A DNA stretch of 64,000 nt, from the NCBI GenBank assembly GCA_964456155.1, contig CAYVZJ010000001.1, forward strand, positions 8,660-72,659. Reading direction: 5' to 3'. The notes below the pieces were generated by a model that had not been told where the DNA came from, did no database searches, and was given only the letters and a program-made list of their open reading frames with translations. Position numbers and translations under genes: made by a program. This DNA is from an uncultured Sangeribacter sp. Its GTDB lineage: Bacteria > Bacteroidota > Bacteroidia > Bacteroidales > Muribaculaceae. Shown here one piece after another: positions 19,375 to 28,617 of the stretch; position 1 is the stretch's first letter, and the number at the start of each line of letters is the position of its first letter.

Positions 19375-21030
19375 GATATCAGGAGGAAGAGCGTAATATT
19401 TGCCGGGCGCGACGGGGTCGTTTTGCATCGGGATGTTGATGTTGGGAAATCGTTCTCCCGGTGCGAGGTCAGCCGGCATATCTATTATGCCATACACGCC
19501 TTTATAGAAGAATTTCTGCCGATAGTATATACTGCCGTCAGCCCCGCGGAAGGCATAGACGCGAGAAGGGAGTTGGCTGCGGTATGCGTTATTATATCTA
19601 CTGTCCGGCAGAGCGGGATATGAGATAGTGGCAGTACGGGCATTTACTTTGATTTTTTGTTGGCTCAATGTGTCGGCCGGAGAAAGACCGGATAGCGAGC
19701 GTGGTAGGATTGTGAGCGGCTTCATTTCCTCTCCGGAATAGGTACGCTCTATGAGATATCTGTTCCAGCCGTCGTATTGTCCTTGCCATCCCCAGGCTCT
19801 TCCGAGCAGATAATAGGGAGCTTGAGAGGGAGTGAGGAGGTCGGCAAAGACGACACCGTCGGGGCTATTGCGGTATTGCGTTATGATATCCCGGCATTGC
19901 TCGTTGAGGCGATGCTGATATCTCGCCATAGAGAAGCAAGCCGGGATTATGTAAATGGCTACGATTGCAGCGATATCGGTACTGAAAAGAGAGTATCGGC
20001 GGGTGTTCCGTCGCGTAGGGTTGAGGGCATTGATGAGTCCGCAGAGGGCTATCCATGCAGAGATTTGTGCAAACCATCCGGTGCGTCCATACGAACCGCT
20101 ATATGCGCATACGGCGACGCCGAGGATAGCCGAGACTGCGAATATAATCCACGGGGAGTGAGAGAGTTGGCGGAGGGTATCGCGCTTGGAGACGGCAAAA
20201 ATTATCAGAGCGATGATGAAGATGCCTGCCATCCAGACACTCGTAAGGAGCATATACCACAGACTCTCATCGGGCACGTTATGTCCGGCGGCGCGACGCA
20301 GTATGCCCGGGCTCAGCATAGAGAATGCAGCGCCGAGGATAAAGGCAGCGAGTATCCACAGATTGATGCGGGGGAGCGGTATGTCGCGGCGATTTAGCCA
20401 GAGATAGGTCACGAGTCCTGCGCTCAGCGGTATGCCGGCGGCTTCATGCCATTGTCCGGCTATGAATGCGGGGAGCATCCATAAGAGTGCGACTTTACGA
20501 CGCATTGGTATGCAGATTATGAGCCATAGGGCGGCCAGGGAGAGTGTGGCTCCCCATACATAATTATTCTGCATGATGAAGAGATTGAAGTTGTCCCACC
20601 AGGGCATGCCCCAAAAGAGAAAGGCGAGTGAGAGCGCGGCTGTAATCAATCCGCCACGGAGTCTTCTTACCCACGCCCACACCATCAGATACATGCCGGC
20701 CATCATTACGCCGATAAGAGAGATGTGTACCCATCGCGGGAGGATGGCATAGAAGATGACGGTGGTGAGTTCTCCCATTCGTCCGTTGACGGAAAGCCAG
20801 CTCCCGACCATGTGTGTAGGAAATCGCAGCCAGGCAGGATGGTGGGTATTCACCCATTGGAGCGATGAGGTCATGTAGTTGAGGTCATCATGCAGCATCG
20901 GGCGGTCAGCCAGCATATAGCAGTATGCAGCAGCGATGGCGAAGATAGCCAGCATCAGGGCCACTGCGCCGGTGATGTATATGGCTGTATTTGAGACGTG
21001 GGAGGTATGAGTATCAGCGGTTTTACTCAT
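19369..21030 (-). CDS. polytopic membrane protein of unknown function (possibly a glycosyltransferase-like GT-C fold)
   Basis: Many hydrophobic helices. The start is set at MSKTADTH (ATG at 21030-21028), which overlaps the rnhB stop by 8 nt. The longer ORF to 21189 would run through rnhB. Confidence 0.6.
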   Translation of the reverse strand: MSKTADTHTSHVSNTAIYITGAVALMLAIFAIAAAYCYMLADRPMLHDDLNYMTSSLQWVNTHHPAWLRFPTHMVGSWLSVNGRMGELTTVIFYAILPRWVHISLIGVMMAGMYLMVWAWVRRLRGGLITAALSLAFLFWGMPWWDNFNLFIMQNNYVWGATLSLAALWLIICIPMRRKVALLWMLPAFIAGQWHEAAGIPLSAGLVTYLWLNRRDIPLPRINLWILAAFILGAAFSMLSPGILRRAAGHNVPDESLWYMLLTSVWMAGIFIIALIIFAVSKRDTLRQLSHSPWIIFAVSAILGVAVCAYSGSYGRTGWFAQISAWIALCGLINALNPTRRNTRRYSLFSTDIAAIVAIYIIPACFSMARYQHRLNEQCRDIITQYRNSPDGVVFADLLTPSQAPYYLLGRAWGWQGQYDGWNRYLIERTYSGEEMKPLTILPRSLSGLSPADTLSQQKIKVNARTATISYPALPDSRYNNAYRSQLPSRVYAFRGADGSIYYRQKFFYKGVYGIIDMPADLAPGERFPNINIPMQNDPVAPGKYYALPPDIL

Positions 21031-21631
21031 TGGTGATGTATGGTTGGCATGGTTTGTATGACCGTCTGTGGTGAGGCGAGAGACCGAGACGGGCGAGTGC
21101 GTCGCGGTGTTCGGCCGTGGGATATCCCATGTTTTTAGCCCAGCCGTATCCCGGGAATAAACTGTCAAGTCGGCGCATCTCTTCATCACGGTAAGTCTTG
21201 GCGAGTACTGAAGCGGCAGCGATGCTCATGTATTTGGCATCACCCTTCACGACGGTGGTGTGCGGGATGTCGCGGAAAGGCTTGAAGCGGTTGCCGTCTA
21301 CGATGATATGCTCTATCTTCTGTTTGTAATTATCAATAAGCATTTTCAGGGCGCGGTGCATGGCGAGGATTGAGGCGTTGAGGATATTGATCTCATCAAT
21401 ATCCTGCGGTGAGACAAAAGCGACGGCCGAAGCGACGGCTTCTTGCTCGATTATGGGGCGTAGAAGATTGCGTTTCTGTTCGGAGAGTTGCTTGCTGTCA
21501 TTGAGCATATCGCAGGAGAAGTCGGGTGGCAGGATAACGGCGGCTGCCACTACCGGTCCGCAGAGACATCCACGTCCTGCCTCGTCGCATCCGGCTTCAA
21601 TTACTCCTTCTTTGAGATGATGAATTAGCAT
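21023..21631 (-). CDS. rnhB: ribonuclease HII
   Basis: 202 aa. Carries GCDEAGRGCLCGPVVAAAVIL and DSKQLS motifs. Confidence 0.9.
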   Translation of the reverse strand: MLIHHLKEGVIEAGCDEAGRGCLCGPVVAAAVILPPDFSCDMLNDSKQLSEQKRNLLRPIIEQEAVASAVAFVSPQDIDEINILNASILAMHRALKMLIDNYKQKIEHIIVDGNRFKPFRDIPHTTVVKGDAKYMSIAAASVLAKTYRDEEMRRLDSLFPGYGWAKNMGYPTAEHRDALARLGLSPHHRRSYKPCQPYITNE

Positions 21632-21751
21632 GGTGTGGTATATTCATATTGTCCCCACTTGGGAAACACACTATTTCTTTTATACTAAAGTTCTCTCACT
21701 TGCCATCTGCAAATATAACGAACTTTAAGGAATAATCGTATAAGCTCCAAT

Positions 21752-22657
21752 TTAAGAATTCTCATTAACAATCCATCGCCCGGCTTTGGTTGAACCCTCG
21801 CGAGTAAGCCTCCCATCCGCTTTCAGTTTCTCCAATACTTTCCGAATGCCGTCTCTTGTCGTTCCAAGTTTAGATGCGACCTCAGATGTAGTTAATGTCG
21901 GATTCTCTCGCAGAATATTCAGGATTTTATCTTGTGTACTTATTCTGTTTTCTTGTGTACTTTCTTGTGTACCATTGGCGGTTTCTTGTGTACTTTCATC
22001 TCCTTCTTGTGTATTACCGCTATTTTTTATGGTACTTTCTATCGTACCTGAACCCCCGTATGACGGGCGTTTGAAGGTGACGTAGACGAAGCCTCCGTCC
22101 CAACGCCATGATGGATCTTCTAACCCTTGCTCGCGGCAGGCTTCGATGATGCGATGGATACCGCTACCCCAACTTTCCAGAAAAGTTGAGCGGTAGAGAG
22201 CCTGTGCCATATTGCGATTATATGGGTAGGACTCGTGTGAATCTTTTATGTTTTCTATCGGAATCTGTGGCGGGAAAACTCCAGGATTCGCAATTTCCAC
22301 TCGGTCATCATATACAGCAATACTGATTGTAAGATTTTGTTTCTCCCATTGGCGATGACACAGAGCATTGATAAGGGCTTCTCTCAATGCGCGCACCGGA
22401 ACTATATGTTTGATATGGTATGCCGGCTCAATACCCGCCAACGCTTGTGAAATCTCACGTTTCGTATCATCTGTCACCTGCTGCCCGACAATCTTCAGCG
22501 ACTTAGGCGTAACACCGAAAATCAGCCAGCCACCATCAGTATTCAGAAACGCACACGCCGCGTGCATACCGTCCTTCAACTCGCCGGTACTCTTCTTCAG
22601 CTCCAAAGTCCTCGACTCCCCCGCCGCAATCAAAGCCTTTATATCGTCAATCGTCAT
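21752..22657 (-). CDS. AlbA_2 (Schlafen-like) N-terminal fragment fused to a HATPase_c_4/RecG-like C-terminal region and wHTH; internally shortened
   Basis: 301 aa. ESRTLELKKSTGELKDG ... NTDGGWLIFGV is followed almost directly by ALINALCHRQW. The C-terminal wHTH is ILNILRENPTLTTSEVASKLG. Confidence 0.65.
   Translation of the reverse strand: MTIDDIKALIAAGESRTLELKKSTGELKDGMHAACAFLNTDGGWLIFGVTPKSLKIVGQQVTDDTKREISQALAGIEPAYHIKHIVPVRALREALINALCHRQWEKQNLTISIAVYDDRVEIANPGVFPPQIPIENIKDSHESYPYNRNMAQALYRSTFLESWGSGIHRIIEACREQGLEDPSWRWDGGFVYVTFKRPSYGGSGTIESTIKNSGNTQEGDESTQETANGTQESTQENRISTQDKILNILRENPTLTTSEVASKLGTTRDGIRKVLEKLKADGRLTREGSTKAGRWIVNENS
22485..22657. repeat. 173-bp direct repeat, copy A (partner at 24376-24548)
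   Basis: Hand alignment gives 10 mismatches in 173 nt (about 94 percent identity). Both copies end at the ATG of an AlbA_2-type reading frame. Confidence 0.85.
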
Positions 22658-24360
22658 AGTTTCTCAGTATTAAACAATGATTCTCCATTCGAGGTGAGTC
22701 GATAGGCTTGTTTCGCACTTTTGGGTTTATCCGGGATAGTCATTTCTATGTATTCCAACTCTATCAGAGGTGTAATTATTTTTCTTTTGAGGTCTTTTGT
22801 GGAAGTATAATCAAGCCTAAGAGCAAGTGCATTGGCAGAAAGACTACTGTCATGTAACAAACATAGCAGGTCAATTGTGGCGGATATCATTCCAAGAGCA
22901 TTATCTTTAGCTCGAGGACTATTCCATACTTGGACAAAAAGTTGTTCAAGTATTTGTCCAAGTTGAACTTTATCGGCAATAACAGATTGATTAATATCTT
23001 CTTGAACTTGGACAGCATCTTGTCCAAGTATTTGTCCAAGTCTATCCCCGATATAATTTTCAACACCATTCGCACCACTGACACCTTCACTTGAAAAACC
23101 ATCTCTACAAGGGATTGTCATGAGGAAATAAGTTCTGTCATCATCAGTGTCTATGGTTGCGGGTGATGAACCATTATCTTTTAGTGCTTTTTGGATTGTG
23201 GGAATACCGGTAGCTCGTCCTTCAGTCAAGTCCAACTCTTTTAGAAAATCACCGAGTCTGCGGTTGCGGTATCTTCGAGCTTTCAGTTTCTTTGCTTCCT
23301 TTATTGACTCTGCGCTTATCGAACGGTCCGGACCGGCATAACTGAGAATGTCTATATGCGTGGGCTCAATTGTAATTTCAACCGGTTCACGCTCTTGATA
23401 ATCGCGATGATAAAGCGCGTTTACAACTGCTTCTTCAAATGCTTGATAAGGATAATTATATGTTTTGTCCGACTTCTCAGTGTCGTTTGGTTTTGCAATT
23501 CGTTTTTTGATAACGTTCGTTCGGAGATAGGATAGAGTCTCCCGGATCATTTTGGGGATGGGTCCCACAATTTTTGGTGCTTCAATCATTACGTCGGGAT
23601 TCTCAATGCTTCCCTCCGGAAAAATCACAATATCAACTTGGGTGACGGGAAAGAATCTCTCGGGCTGCTCGCAAAACATCATTACGGCTACATTCTTTAT
23701 TTGTCGGTTCTCTGTTGGACCAGTCAGCAAGTCCATCTCATCAAGAATCTCAACAAGAGGTCTACTCATGAAATTATCCGCTAACTTGCTTTTAACAGTC
23801 TTCAGATGCTCATAAACCAACAGTGCTGAAATGTCTTCTATAGTAGCCGATGGATTGCCTCTGTCATCAAAAGGGACGCGGTTAGCTAACTCCCGCACTT
23901 GGTCGAGAATCTCGCCTTTTGCTTCGATTGTTGACGATTTGCTTCGGATGTAGAATTTAGGTACTGATTTTTTTGCCACAACACTTTCCATTACAGAATA
24001 TGGGCGATTGTTTCCTGCTGGAGCCCAAATTACAAGAATGGTCTTTCCGTCCACTGTTTCAGGAGAAACCTTAGTCATGTAGGCAGGGGAAATCTTGGCA
24101 TCATAACCTACCATCTCTTTCATTATGTCATCAATCTCAGCGAGATCCAACCCCTTAACCGGACGCTTCGCCACTCCGTTTTCCTCTTCAACGCCTACAA
24201 GTATATAACCACCTCCAATATTCTCCAAATCAGTGGCAAAAGCGCAGATAGTATGATAAATCTTGTCAGGATTCCACCCGGCCTTGAATTCTATCCGGGT
24301 TGATTCCACCTTGCGCTTGTTAAGCAAATCCTCTATGTTGATTGGTAGTGCCATAATCAA
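22654..24360 (-). CDS. AlbA_2 (Schlafen-like) DNA-binding domain plus HATPase_c_4 domain protein (often annotated as a RecG-like regulator)
   Basis: 568 aa. ESTRIEFKAGW ... ENIGGGYILVGV, then VVNALYHRDY ... GRATGIPTI. It has 4-nt overlaps with both neighbours. Confidence 0.75.
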   Translation of the reverse strand: MIMALPINIEDLLNKRKVESTRIEFKAGWNPDKIYHTICAFATDLENIGGGYILVGVEEENGVAKRPVKGLDLAEIDDIMKEMVGYDAKISPAYMTKVSPETVDGKTILVIWAPAGNNRPYSVMESVVAKKSVPKFYIRSKSSTIEAKGEILDQVRELANRVPFDDRGNPSATIEDISALLVYEHLKTVKSKLADNFMSRPLVEILDEMDLLTGPTENRQIKNVAVMMFCEQPERFFPVTQVDIVIFPEGSIENPDVMIEAPKIVGPIPKMIRETLSYLRTNVIKKRIAKPNDTEKSDKTYNYPYQAFEEAVVNALYHRDYQEREPVEITIEPTHIDILSYAGPDRSISAESIKEAKKLKARRYRNRRLGDFLKELDLTEGRATGIPTIQKALKDNGSSPATIDTDDDRTYFLMTIPCRDGFSSEGVSGANGVENYIGDRLGQILGQDAVQVQEDINQSVIADKVQLGQILEQLFVQVWNSPRAKDNALGMISATIDLLCLLHDSSLSANALALRLDYTSTKDLKRKIITPLIELEYIEMTIPDKPKSAKQAYRLTSNGESLFNTEKL

Positions 24361-24548
24361 TTTAAATTTTTTTGTCCGACAATCTTCAGCGACTTCGGCG
24401 TAACACCAAAAATCAGCCAGCCACCATCAGTATTCAGAAACGCACACGCCGCAGGCATACCGTCCTTCAGCTCGCCGGTACTCTTCTTCAGCTCCAAAGT
24501 TCTCGACTCCCCCGCCGCAATCAATACCTTTATATCGTCGATAGTCAT
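24357..24548 (-). pseudogene. 63-codon duplicate of the 5' end of gene 21752-22657
   Basis: MTIDDIKVLIAAGESRTLELKKSTGELKDGMPAACAFLNTDGGWLIFGVTPKSLKIVGQ is near-identical to residues 1-58 of the 301-aa protein, then diverges and stops. Confidence 0.6.
24376..24548. repeat. 173-bp direct repeat, copy B (partner at 22485-22657)
   Basis: Same alignment as copy A. Confidence 0.85.
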
Positions 24549-24775
24549 ATCTTATTCTTGAATAAACTAGTACTTATATAACATAGTCAAGGCGGTATAC
24601 CATCCTATAAGCGACCGTTGTTGTCGCGACCTAAAGTTTAGCCTTCTCAGTCACCTCGTAGAATGTTATATGCTTGAACTCTACAAATATAGTTTCGTTA
24701 GGTCAAGTAGCCTATTCTTTTCGAGTTGTCCCGCTTACGTTCGGACCACAATTACCCGACAGGGGGGCGGGCGGG

Positions 24776-25753
24776 CTATACATTGCGGGCTATAATAAAC
24801 TCGAAGAGGTCTGCGAAGGCCTCACGCCATGTGTTGTCGGGGTATTCGGCGAGAATAATGCTGCCTTCCGTCTGCATGCGGCGCATGGTGTCGTAGGCGT
24901 ATTCTATGCCCCCGTTATCCTTGGCAAAGCGAATTAAGTCGTTGATTTCTGTCTCATCAAGGTCTCCTCGGCGCAATATCTCTTTGTATTTATCGGCAAG
25001 CGTTCGGTCAGGCGCATTGTTGAGCGCATATAGCAGGGGGAGTGTTACCTTTCCTTCGCGCAGGTCATTGCCGGTAGGTTTGCCGATAGCGGGATTGTCG
25101 TAGTAGTCAAAGATATCATCCTTGATCTGGAAGCAGAGTCCGAGAAGTTCCGCATATCTTGTAAGGGGCTCTATTTCATCTTCAGTGGCTCCGGCAGTGA
25201 CGGCTCCCATGCGGACGCAGTTGATAAATAGGGAGGCGGTCTTCTTGCGTATCATTGATAGGTAAGACTCCTCGTCAAATTTGTGTTCGCGGACGTTGCA
25301 TATTTGGTCTACCTCGCCGATGGAGAGTTCTTTGCCAAGGGCGGAGAGTGCTGAAATGACCTGAAGATGTCCGGTGGCGATGCCGGCAGCAAGGGCATTG
25401 CTGACGAAGAAGTCGCCGACGAGAACTGCGATATGATTGCCCTCGACGGCATTTATGGTGGGGAGGCTACGCCGGAGCGTCGTGTCGTCGACCACGTCAT
25501 CATGTATCAGCGAAGCGTTATGTAGCATTTCGAGGGCTGCGCCGGCATGCAGGGTGGACTCGTTGACGTCACCGAAGAATTTGGCGCTCAGTATGACGAG
25601 CATGGGCCGGATCTGCTTTCCTTTGGTGAGGAGATAATTGCTTACTATCCTATCCATAAGCGGATTAGATGTGTGTAGCGTATCACGGATGATAGCGTTC
25701 ATCCGTTCAAGTTCAGGCGCCAGCCGCTGATGTATGGACGAGAAAGTCTGCAT
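24776..25753 (-). CDS. ispB: polyprenyl diphosphate synthase (octaprenyl-type)
   Basis: DDxxD motifs LIHDDVVDD and QIKDDIFD. The start is placed at MQTFSSIHQRL (ATG at 25753-25751). The upstream extension of the ORF is low-complexity. Confidence 0.85.
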   Translation of the reverse strand: MQTFSSIHQRLAPELERMNAIIRDTLHTSNPLMDRIVSNYLLTKGKQIRPMLVILSAKFFGDVNESTLHAGAALEMLHNASLIHDDVVDDTTLRRSLPTINAVEGNHIAVLVGDFFVSNALAAGIATGHLQVISALSALGKELSIGEVDQICNVREHKFDEESYLSMIRKKTASLFINCVRMGAVTAGATEDEIEPLTRYAELLGLCFQIKDDIFDYYDNPAIGKPTGNDLREGKVTLPLLYALNNAPDRTLADKYKEILRRGDLDETEINDLIRFAKDNGGIEYAYDTMRRMQTEGSIILAEYPDNTWREAFADLFEFIIARNV

Positions 25754-25865
25754 TTGACAACAAAAGTAGCAAAAAATGAGAAATCTCCCAAATTTACACC
25801 CTTTCAATTTGGCCTTATTCCGGTAAATCCCCGTTTCAAAAAAGGGAACTGCCCGTAATGTCATA

Positions 25866-25994
25866 TTACTGAGCAGCTCCCTTGAGTTCGGTATGGATGT
25901 AAGAGGAGGGGAAGAGTCCCTGTCCGGAGACATCAGGGGCAGTGAAAAGTGCCATAAATACGCTTGCTGCGATAATTGCTGTTTTTCGATTCAT
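25866..25994 (-). CDS. possible 42-aa signal-peptide-bearing small protein
   Basis: MNRKTAIIAASVFMALFTAPDVSGQ... follows the duplicated 54-bp promoter-like module. There is no homology support. Confidence 0.25.
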   Translation of the reverse strand: MNRKTAIIAASVFMALFTAPDVSGQGLFPSSYIHTELKGAAQ

Positions 25995-26070
25995 AATGCG
26001 AGCGATGTTAAATTTGAGTGATAATTGCTCAAATATAGCGAGGATTATCAACTTAGGCAATATGCCGCTT

Positions 26071-26124
26071 TACCCCCCCCATTTTTAACATAAATTAACA
26101 TAATTTAACTATGTAATTGTGTAA
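26071..26124. repeat. 54-bp intergenic module with a C8 tract, copy 1 (copy 2 at 29573-29627)
   Basis: TACCCCCCCCATTTTTAACATAAATTAACATAATTTAACTATGTAATTGTGTAA. Copy 2 differs by one extra T and one G-to-A change. Confidence 0.85.
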
Positions 26125-26255
26125 GAAAAAATTGGGGTTTTCTACTGCTAAAAAAGAATTCTTTAAAAGAATTACTTAATTTTGCACTTGCCAATTGACT
26201 CGGCAGAATGATTCTGTATCAAAATGTTTAGATGAGTAAGCAAAAATAGAATTCT

Positions 26256-27398
26256 ATGACCCAATATAATATACCTATATTACCCCTTCCGTTTGATTTG
26301 GAAACGAAAGCGGTGTTGAAACAACTCAACAATGCAAACCGTGCATTGGCAGAATTGAAAGGTGTTGCCTTGACAATTCCGAATGAGAATATTCTTGTAA
26401 GCACATTAACCTTGCAGGAGGCAAAGGATAGTTCGGAAGTTGAAAACATTGTCACTACCCAGGATGACCTCTACCAAGGAGCAGCGACCTCTCTTTCTGA
26501 ATATGCTATAAATGCTGCCACTAAGGAGGTGTTGAATTATAGGGAAGCGCTGCAATATGGTTTTCATCTCGTAAAGGATAAAGATGTGCTAACATCATCT
26601 GTGATAAAGGAAATTCAAAAGATGCTTGAGCATAATTCTGCCGGATTCCGAAGTGTACCCGGTACATCACTAAAACGTTCTGATGGGAAAACTGTCTATA
26701 CTCCACCGCAGGATAAGCAAACGATTCTAAGTTTAATGGATAATCTTGAAGTTTTCATCAATGATGATAGGGCTTGCGAGCTTGATCCCCTTATTAAGTT
26801 GGCAATTATCCATCATCAGTTTGAGAGTATACATCCTTTTTATGATGGAAACGGACGAACCGGGAGAATTATTTGTGTGCTGTATCTAGTGCTGACAGGA
26901 CTCCTTGATCTTCCAATCCTGTATATTAGCCGATACATCACCCACAATAAAGGTGAATATTATAGGCTCATTCAAGCTATCCGCGATAAAAACGAGGATA
27001 ACGCGGCAGAGTGGGAAGCGTGGGTTTTATTTATGCTCAAAGGAATAGAAGAGACTGCAATCGAGACGACACGATTAGTAAAAGGCATTTCAAAGTTGAT
27101 GGCTGAATTTAAATCAGTCCTTAGGCCGAAGTTCGGCAAACAATATCGCCATGAGTTGTTAAATAATTTATTTTTTCACCCATATACCAAAGTGGAGTTT
27201 ATAGTAAACGAACTAATGGTCAGTCGTGTAACTGCCAACCGTTACTTGAACTCCTTATTAGAAACCGGACTGGTGGAGAGGGTAAAGTTAGGCAAAGCAT
27301 ACTACTATATGAATATTCCTTTGATTAACCTCTTTAGGAACGTTTCTGAAGAGACTCATGGTGACTCCTTCATATCTATTGAGTCGGTATCACAATAA
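26256..27398 (+). CDS. Fic family protein, class II (N-terminal inhibitory helix), with C-terminal wHTH
   Basis: Fic motif HPFYDGNGRTGR. An SxxxEN inhibitory motif sits in AKDSSEVENIV. A TAATTTTG -7 box lies at 26177-26184. Confidence 0.9.
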   Translation: MTQYNIPILPLPFDLETKAVLKQLNNANRALAELKGVALTIPNENILVSTLTLQEAKDSSEVENIVTTQDDLYQGAATSLSEYAINAATKEVLNYREALQYGFHLVKDKDVLTSSVIKEIQKMLEHNSAGFRSVPGTSLKRSDGKTVYTPPQDKQTILSLMDNLEVFINDDRACELDPLIKLAIIHHQFESIHPFYDGNGRTGRIICVLYLVLTGLLDLPILYISRYITHNKGEYYRLIQAIRDKNEDNAAEWEAWVLFMLKGIEETAIETTRLVKGISKLMAEFKSVLRPKFGKQYRHELLNNLFFHPYTKVEFIVNELMVSRVTANRYLNSLLETGLVERVKLGKAYYYMNIPLINLFRNVSEETHGDSFISIESVSQ

Positions 27399-27417
27399 CG
27401 TTGCACAGCAGAATCAA

Positions 27418-27501
27418 TTTGCTGTTCACAAAATCCCAATTTGTGAACAGCATGACAAGTTTGCTGTTCACAAAATCCAAATTTGTGAACAGCAAACTCT
27501 G
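27418..27501. repeat. two tandem 42-bp units, each containing a 13-bp-stem palindrome TGCTGTTCACAAA/TTTGTGAACAGCA
   Basis: Unit 1 is 27418-27459 (arms 27420-27432 and 27440-27452). Unit 2 is 27460-27501 (arms 27462-27474 and 27482-27494). The array starts 20 nt after the fic stop. Confidence 0.85.
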
Positions 27502-27520
27502 ATATGGAGTCTAATGTCAA

Positions 27521-27555
27521 ACAGAGGGTGTGCCGGCGTTCGGCACACCCTCTGT
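27521..27555. terminator. 15-bp-stem GC-rich hairpin between convergent genes (family member; see 43201-43233)
   Basis: ACAGAGGGTGTGCCG gcgtt CGGCACACCCTCTGT followed by TTGGGTTT. Confidence 0.7.
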
Positions 27556-27585
27556 TTGGGTTTATGTATGTCGGGGAGGGAGGGG

Positions 27586-28581
27586 TCAGTTGAAGAGGTT
27601 GAAGAGGATGGGGCAGTTGTTCATCCAGTCCATCGTGTATACCATCTGATCTACCATCTCATGGGTGAAATCACCTTCAATTATGGCGTCTACTATTACG
27701 GTTTTGCCATCCTTTTTTAGGGAGGGACGACGGCCAAACTGCTGCTCTAATTGATCCATCTGCTCCTGGTATTGCATGTAATACAGTTCTGCCCAATCTT
27801 TGCTGGGGAGCGTGATGCTCGTGCGGTACATGGTGCAATATCCCTGAGCATCATATTTGGTGTCGATGACGTAGGTCATATCGAGTCCACGGAGATTTGA
27901 GCATTTGTATGTACCATTCTCGTATGTGCCGAAGAGCACTCTGTCGGGAGCCTTATATGAATATCCTTCCCAATATTCCATGACAGCCTCGAGTTCCTCC
28001 TGTGTGAGTCCCTTGATGTTAGGTAAGGCGACATAGAGGTTTCTCCCTTCCTGCTGTACGGGGATAACTAGCTTCAATGACGAGCGTGTGCTATTGGTGA
28101 ATTTGAAATGAGCAAAATCATTTGTCAGGAAATTAAACACTTTCGGACACAGACCACGACGCGGCTTGGAATAATAATACTCATCCTGATCGTAATAATC
28201 ATAATCATCATCGTCGTCAAATCCGAAATCTTCATCTTCCGCCCAGCTGCCGTTCTTAAGCATATTGGCCAGCTTGCGAGCCTGAGCAGAGTTGGGCATC
28301 ACTACATTATATACACCATTTTCACATACACCATTTTGCATTTTAAATGAAAAATATCCGACGGGTTCGTCTGAATCCGCGTCTTCATCCGGAGTATATG
28401 TAAGGATACCGTTGGTAGCATTGCCTGACCATCCCTCTTCAGGAATTTTAGAACTTACGAGATCCTTAATTTCTGAATTGTTGGAATCGTTGTCATCATC
28501 ATCACCGCTGTGACAGGATGCGAGTGAAAGGGAAGCCAATGCCGTGAGGGCGAAGCAAATAAATGAATGTAGTTTCTTCAT
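27586..28581 (-). CDS. lipoprotein of unknown function with poly-acidic tracts
   Basis: Lipobox LSLASCHSGDDDDND, and later the tract DDDDDYDYYDQDEYYY. 331 aa. Confidence 0.7.
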   Translation of the reverse strand: MKKLHSFICFALTALASLSLASCHSGDDDDNDSNNSEIKDLVSSKIPEEGWSGNATNGILTYTPDEDADSDEPVGYFSFKMQNGVCENGVYNVVMPNSAQARKLANMLKNGSWAEDEDFGFDDDDDYDYYDQDEYYYSKPRRGLCPKVFNFLTNDFAHFKFTNSTRSSLKLVIPVQQEGRNLYVALPNIKGLTQEELEAVMEYWEGYSYKAPDRVLFGTYENGTYKCSNLRGLDMTYVIDTKYDAQGYCTMYRTSITLPSKDWAELYYMQYQEQMDQLEQQFGRRPSLKKDGKTVIVDAIIEGDFTHEMVDQMVYTMDWMNNCPILFNLFN

Positions 28582-28617
28582 ATCAAAATAATTTAAAATT
28601 TCTAAAAACCGTTCTAT

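Noticed and set aside
24575-24671. 9-bp inverted repeat (ATATAACAT/ATGTTATAT) flanking 78 nt with an internal GCGAC..GTCGC hairpin, considered as an invertible promoter or small RNA
   Set aside because: The arms are short and AT-rich, so they are likely to occur by chance. The enclosed segment is far shorter than known Bacteroides invertible promoters, and no recombinase gene is nearby.
27358-27720. 120-aa plus-strand ORF (FAVHKIPICEQH repeats)
   Set aside because: It is a translation artefact of the tandem palindromes and the terminator, and it then runs antisense into the lipoprotein gene.
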